Shown: positions 61,831 to 64,000 of the stretch, piece by piece
How the letters are laid out: every line of letters begins with the position of its first letter
Numbering within the stretch: position 1 is the stretch's first letter
Origin: an uncultured bacterium
GTDB taxonomy: Bacteria > Acidobacteriota > Blastocatellia > Pyrinomonadales > Pyrinomonadaceae
DNA length: 64,000 nucleotides
Direction of reading: 5' to 3'
NCBI GenBank assembly: GCA_965649955.1
Contig: CBFGMX010000001.1
Span: forward strand, 16,032-80,031
Position numbers and translations under genes: made by a program
Notes under the pieces: model-generated
Told to the model about the DNA's origin: nothing
Seen by the model: the letters and a program-made list of their open reading frames with translations, nothing else
Database searches by the model: none

Positions 61831-64000
61831 CTATAGCTCTTTAACTCTCCGCTCAAGCGTGCGCGTGATCTCCTCAGGAGTTTGTCCGTCGCGGAACTCG
61901 ACAGGTTCACCAAAGGTGACCGTGACCGTTCCGGGCCGGACAAAGAACTGGCGGCGCTGTTTCAATTCGTATAGACCATCCAGACGAATCGGAATCACCG
62001 GGACGCTGAGTTCTGATGCGAGGATTCCAATTCCGGTTCTGAACGGTTGCATCGAACCGTCCCTCGTCTCGTGTCCTTCAGGAAAAATCAGCACGCTCCA
62101 ACCGCGATCGATCGCTTCACCAGCGTAGGCGAAACTCTTGCGAAAACCGCTCTGTCGCGGCAGTGAGAAGATGTTGAACAGCGCGGCGCCGAGCACGTAA
62201 GCTAGTTGTTGCCGCACGCGTGTGACGAAACTGGCGGCGGTGGGATGTCGCCACTCGCGTAGTAATTCTCCCGACATCGCAATCGCGACACGCAAGCGCC
62301 AGCGGAAGGGCAACGCCGATAAGATCAACGCCGCGTCAACATCCGTGACATGATTCGAGATCAATAATGCCGGCCCTCTTAAATTCGACAGCCGTTCGAC
62401 GCCTTCGCGACGCACACTACACATGATGCGCGTCAAAGGCAGCAGAAACACGTGATAGACCAGTGGACGAATCCACGTTATCGGAAACCGCATGGCCCAT
62501 GCGGGGTACGGGTAAGCTACTGTCTGAGACTTGCCCTCGCGCACGAGTCTTTCGAGATCCTGAACAGTGGTTGCTTCCGTGAATGCAGCTTCATCAAGTT
62601 CGATCTGGTAGCGATCTTCCAGTGTGCTGAGTAGCTCGACTCTTCCAAGCGAATCGAGCTCCGAGAGTTGGGGCAGAACCATTGATCCCGGCGTATGGTT
62701 TTTCAGGCCTTCGGCGATCTGCGTTTTGATTACTTTGCGCGTGCCGATCGTGCGAGGGAAATCGGGTTCGGGCCAGGTTGTCCAGTGACGAATGCGCTGG
62801 AACTCGGCCAATGAGTCATTCGCACGCGCGACTGCCACGTTCAAGTCTGCGTTCGTGTCGTGCGGAATCAATACCGCCATCGCTTCTGTGTCGTTCAACG
62901 GGATTACTGCGCTTGCTTTGATCTCGGGTTGCCGGTCTAGTACGGCTTCGAGGTCCGATGGGTAGATCTTCATTCCCGCGGCGGTGACGATGGTGTCCTT
63001 GCTTCGGCCGCGAAAAAAGATGTGGCCGTTTGGCCCAAGCTCGCCGATGTCGCCTGTGTGGACCCATCCTTCCTCGTCGGCAATGGGTGTGACGTCTCCG
63101 CGCCAGTAACCCGGCGAAACGCTGTCGCCGCGCACCAGGATTTCGCCGTTCTCGTTGAGCTTCAGTTCCTGGCCGCGCACGGGTTTTCCAATCGAACCAT
63201 GGACCAGGCGGAATGGATGTGAAAGGCTCGTGACAGAAGCGGTTTCAGTCATGCCATAGCCCTGGATCACGGCGTAGCCGAGTCGACGCCAGAAAGTCTC
63301 CACGTCTTCTTCGAGGGTTGCTCCGCCAGTGATGAAGGCCCACAGTCGCCAGCCAAAGCGGCGATGTATGCTGCGAAACGTCCACCAGTTTCGAACGAAG
63401 TGGCGATGTTCGGCGGCTTCAAGTTCGCGCGCGAGATCTGAGTGATCGTGCAGGATCTTTTCGCGTAAGGTCTCGAGCACGCGTGGCACTGTAACGATGG
63501 TGTTGATGCGGTGCTTCTTCGATACCTCGACGATCTCCGAAGGCTTGTACGACTCTAGAAAGTGGACTTCACCGCGGACGATCTGCGGAACGAAGATGCC
63601 CATCAACTGCCCAAAGACGTGACTCAGCGGCAGCAGGCAGAGAAAACGAAGCGGATGGACCAACCGTTCCCACTTTGCATACTTCCTGAATTCATTTTCG
63701 ATCGGCGTAAGGTTCGCAAGCAGGTTCCGGTGCGTGAGGCAGACGCCTTTCGGGTCCGCGGTTGTACCGGAAGTGAATACGATCTCGACGAGGTCGTCTG
63801 TCTTTGTGTTTTGCGGTGGGTATGGTTCGGCGGAGTGCTGCGCAATAGTTTCTGTGAAAGTGCCAAACGAAACGCAGGGAACGGCAATCCGTCTTTCACT
63901 ATGATCCGACAGCAGTAGTTTCGCGGAGACCTGTTGCTGGACTCTCGCGGCGAAGTCCGGCGCCGACTTGAGATCGAGTGGAACCACCACGACGCCGCGC
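61831..64000 (-). CDS. tri-domain acyl-AMP ligase / carrier protein / PlsC-type acyltransferase (N-terminus beyond the window end)
   Basis: FTSGTTADPKGV, YGMTE and TGDIGELGPNGHIFFRGRSKD (AMP-binding). ELDSLGRVELLSTLE (phosphopantetheine Ser context). NHVTDVDAAL (HX4D) and IFPEGHETRDG (PlsC). The frame stays open to base 64000. Confidence 0.85.
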   Translation of the reverse strand, partial: RGVVVVPLDLKSAPDFAARVQQQVSAKLLLSDHSERRIAVPCVSFGTFTETIAQHSAEPYPPQNTKTDDLVEIVFTSGTTADPKGVCLTHRNLLANLTPIENEFRKYAKWERLVHPLRFLCLLPLSHVFGQLMGIFVPQIVRGEVHFLESYKPSEIVEVSKKHRINTIVTVPRVLETLREKILHDHSDLARELEAAEHRHFVRNWWTFRSIHRRFGWRLWAFITGGATLEEDVETFWRRLGYAVIQGYGMTETASVTSLSHPFRLVHGSIGKPVRGQELKLNENGEILVRGDSVSPGYWRGDVTPIADEEGWVHTGDIGELGPNGHIFFRGRSKDTIVTAAGMKIYPSDLEAVLDRQPEIKASAVIPLNDTEAMAVLIPHDTNADLNVAVARANDSLAEFQRIRHWTTWPEPDFPRTIGTRKVIKTQIAEGLKNHTPGSMVLPQLSELDSLGRVELLSTLEDRYQIELDEAAFTEATTVQDLERLVREGKSQTVAYPYPAWAMRFPITWIRPLVYHVFLLPLTRIMCSVRREGVERLSNLRGPALLISNHVTDVDAALILSALPFRWRLRVAIAMSGELLREWRHPTAASFVTRVRQQLAYVLGAALFNIFSLPRQSGFRKSFAYAGEAIDRGWSVLIFPEGHETRDGSMQPFRTGIGILASELSVPVIPIRLDGLYELKQRRQFFVRPGTVTVTFGEPVEFRDGQTPEEITRTLERRVKEL

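Noticed and set aside
1-64000. Evidence for a mobile element, prophage, genomic island or defence system (transposase, integrase, recombinase, restriction, Cas, toxin-antitoxin, abortive-infection ATPase/nuclease genes).
   Set aside because: None of the translated ORFs shows such motifs, and I saw no flanking direct repeats or tRNA-adjacent junctions. The window reads as core chromosome rich in signalling and carbohydrate/lipid metabolism.

Overview
This is 64 kb of gene-dense, high-GC bacterial chromosome with about 55 protein genes. I recognised no rRNA, tRNA, CRISPR array, transposase, integrase or phage genes. The gene content suggests Acidobacteriota: a ~1,120-aa CarboxypepD_reg-type TonB-dependent receptor, many PAS and hybrid kinases, HEAT_PBS and PQQ-propeller proteins, and Tat-signal glycosidases. 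That taxonomic call is inference only.

Gene blocks:
1. 1-7211: a translationally coupled Che-like operon (MCP fragment, PAS-HEAT protein, CheR, CheB, CheY, CheC, hybrid PAS kinase).
2. 9.5-19.7 kb: a TetR gene followed by a tightly coupled 7-gene operon. It encodes a TonB receptor, two alpha/beta hydrolases, a FabH-like protein lacking the catalytic His and Asn, an acyl-CoA ligase, a MaoC hydratase and an MFS transporter.
3. 20.5-22.6 kb: a NarL-type two-component pair.
4. 22.9-34.9 kb: a pectin/hexuronate locus (xylB-like, uxaA, NagB-like, KduD-like SDR, exuT, kdgK, eda, GntR regulator, Tat-exported GH28-GH105 fusion).
5. 35-43.7 kb: an S9 peptidase, a second hybrid kinase, an MBL hydrolase, a response regulator, an ankyrin protein and a beta-lactamase-family protein.
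6. 43.7-51.7 kb: a minus-strand run of exported proteins, including a cupredoxin, a membrane-anchored PQQ-like propeller, a YpfJ peptidase and an orphan 1,158-aa HEAT protein.
7. 51.9-54.4 kb: a DUF4861-like protein, an NTF2-like protein and a VOC protein.
8. 54.5-61.7 kb: LytS/LytTR plus an RND efflux pair.
9. 61.8-64.0 kb: a truncated AMP-ligase/ACP/PlsC tri-domain gene.

Non-coding signals seen directly in the sequence:
- A family of long hairpins built from short tandem CAAAGA-type units at three gene 3' ends.
- Two AT-flanked ACGAACGTTCGT palindromes bracketing the TetR gene.
- Three GTGGT-N3-ACC boxes in the pectin locus.

Best candidates for something undescribed: the TetR-controlled TonB-receptor/acyl-processing operon with its degenerate KASIII, the PAS-HEAT chemosensory module, and the hairpin repeat family.

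All family assignments come from reading motifs by eye. No searches were run.
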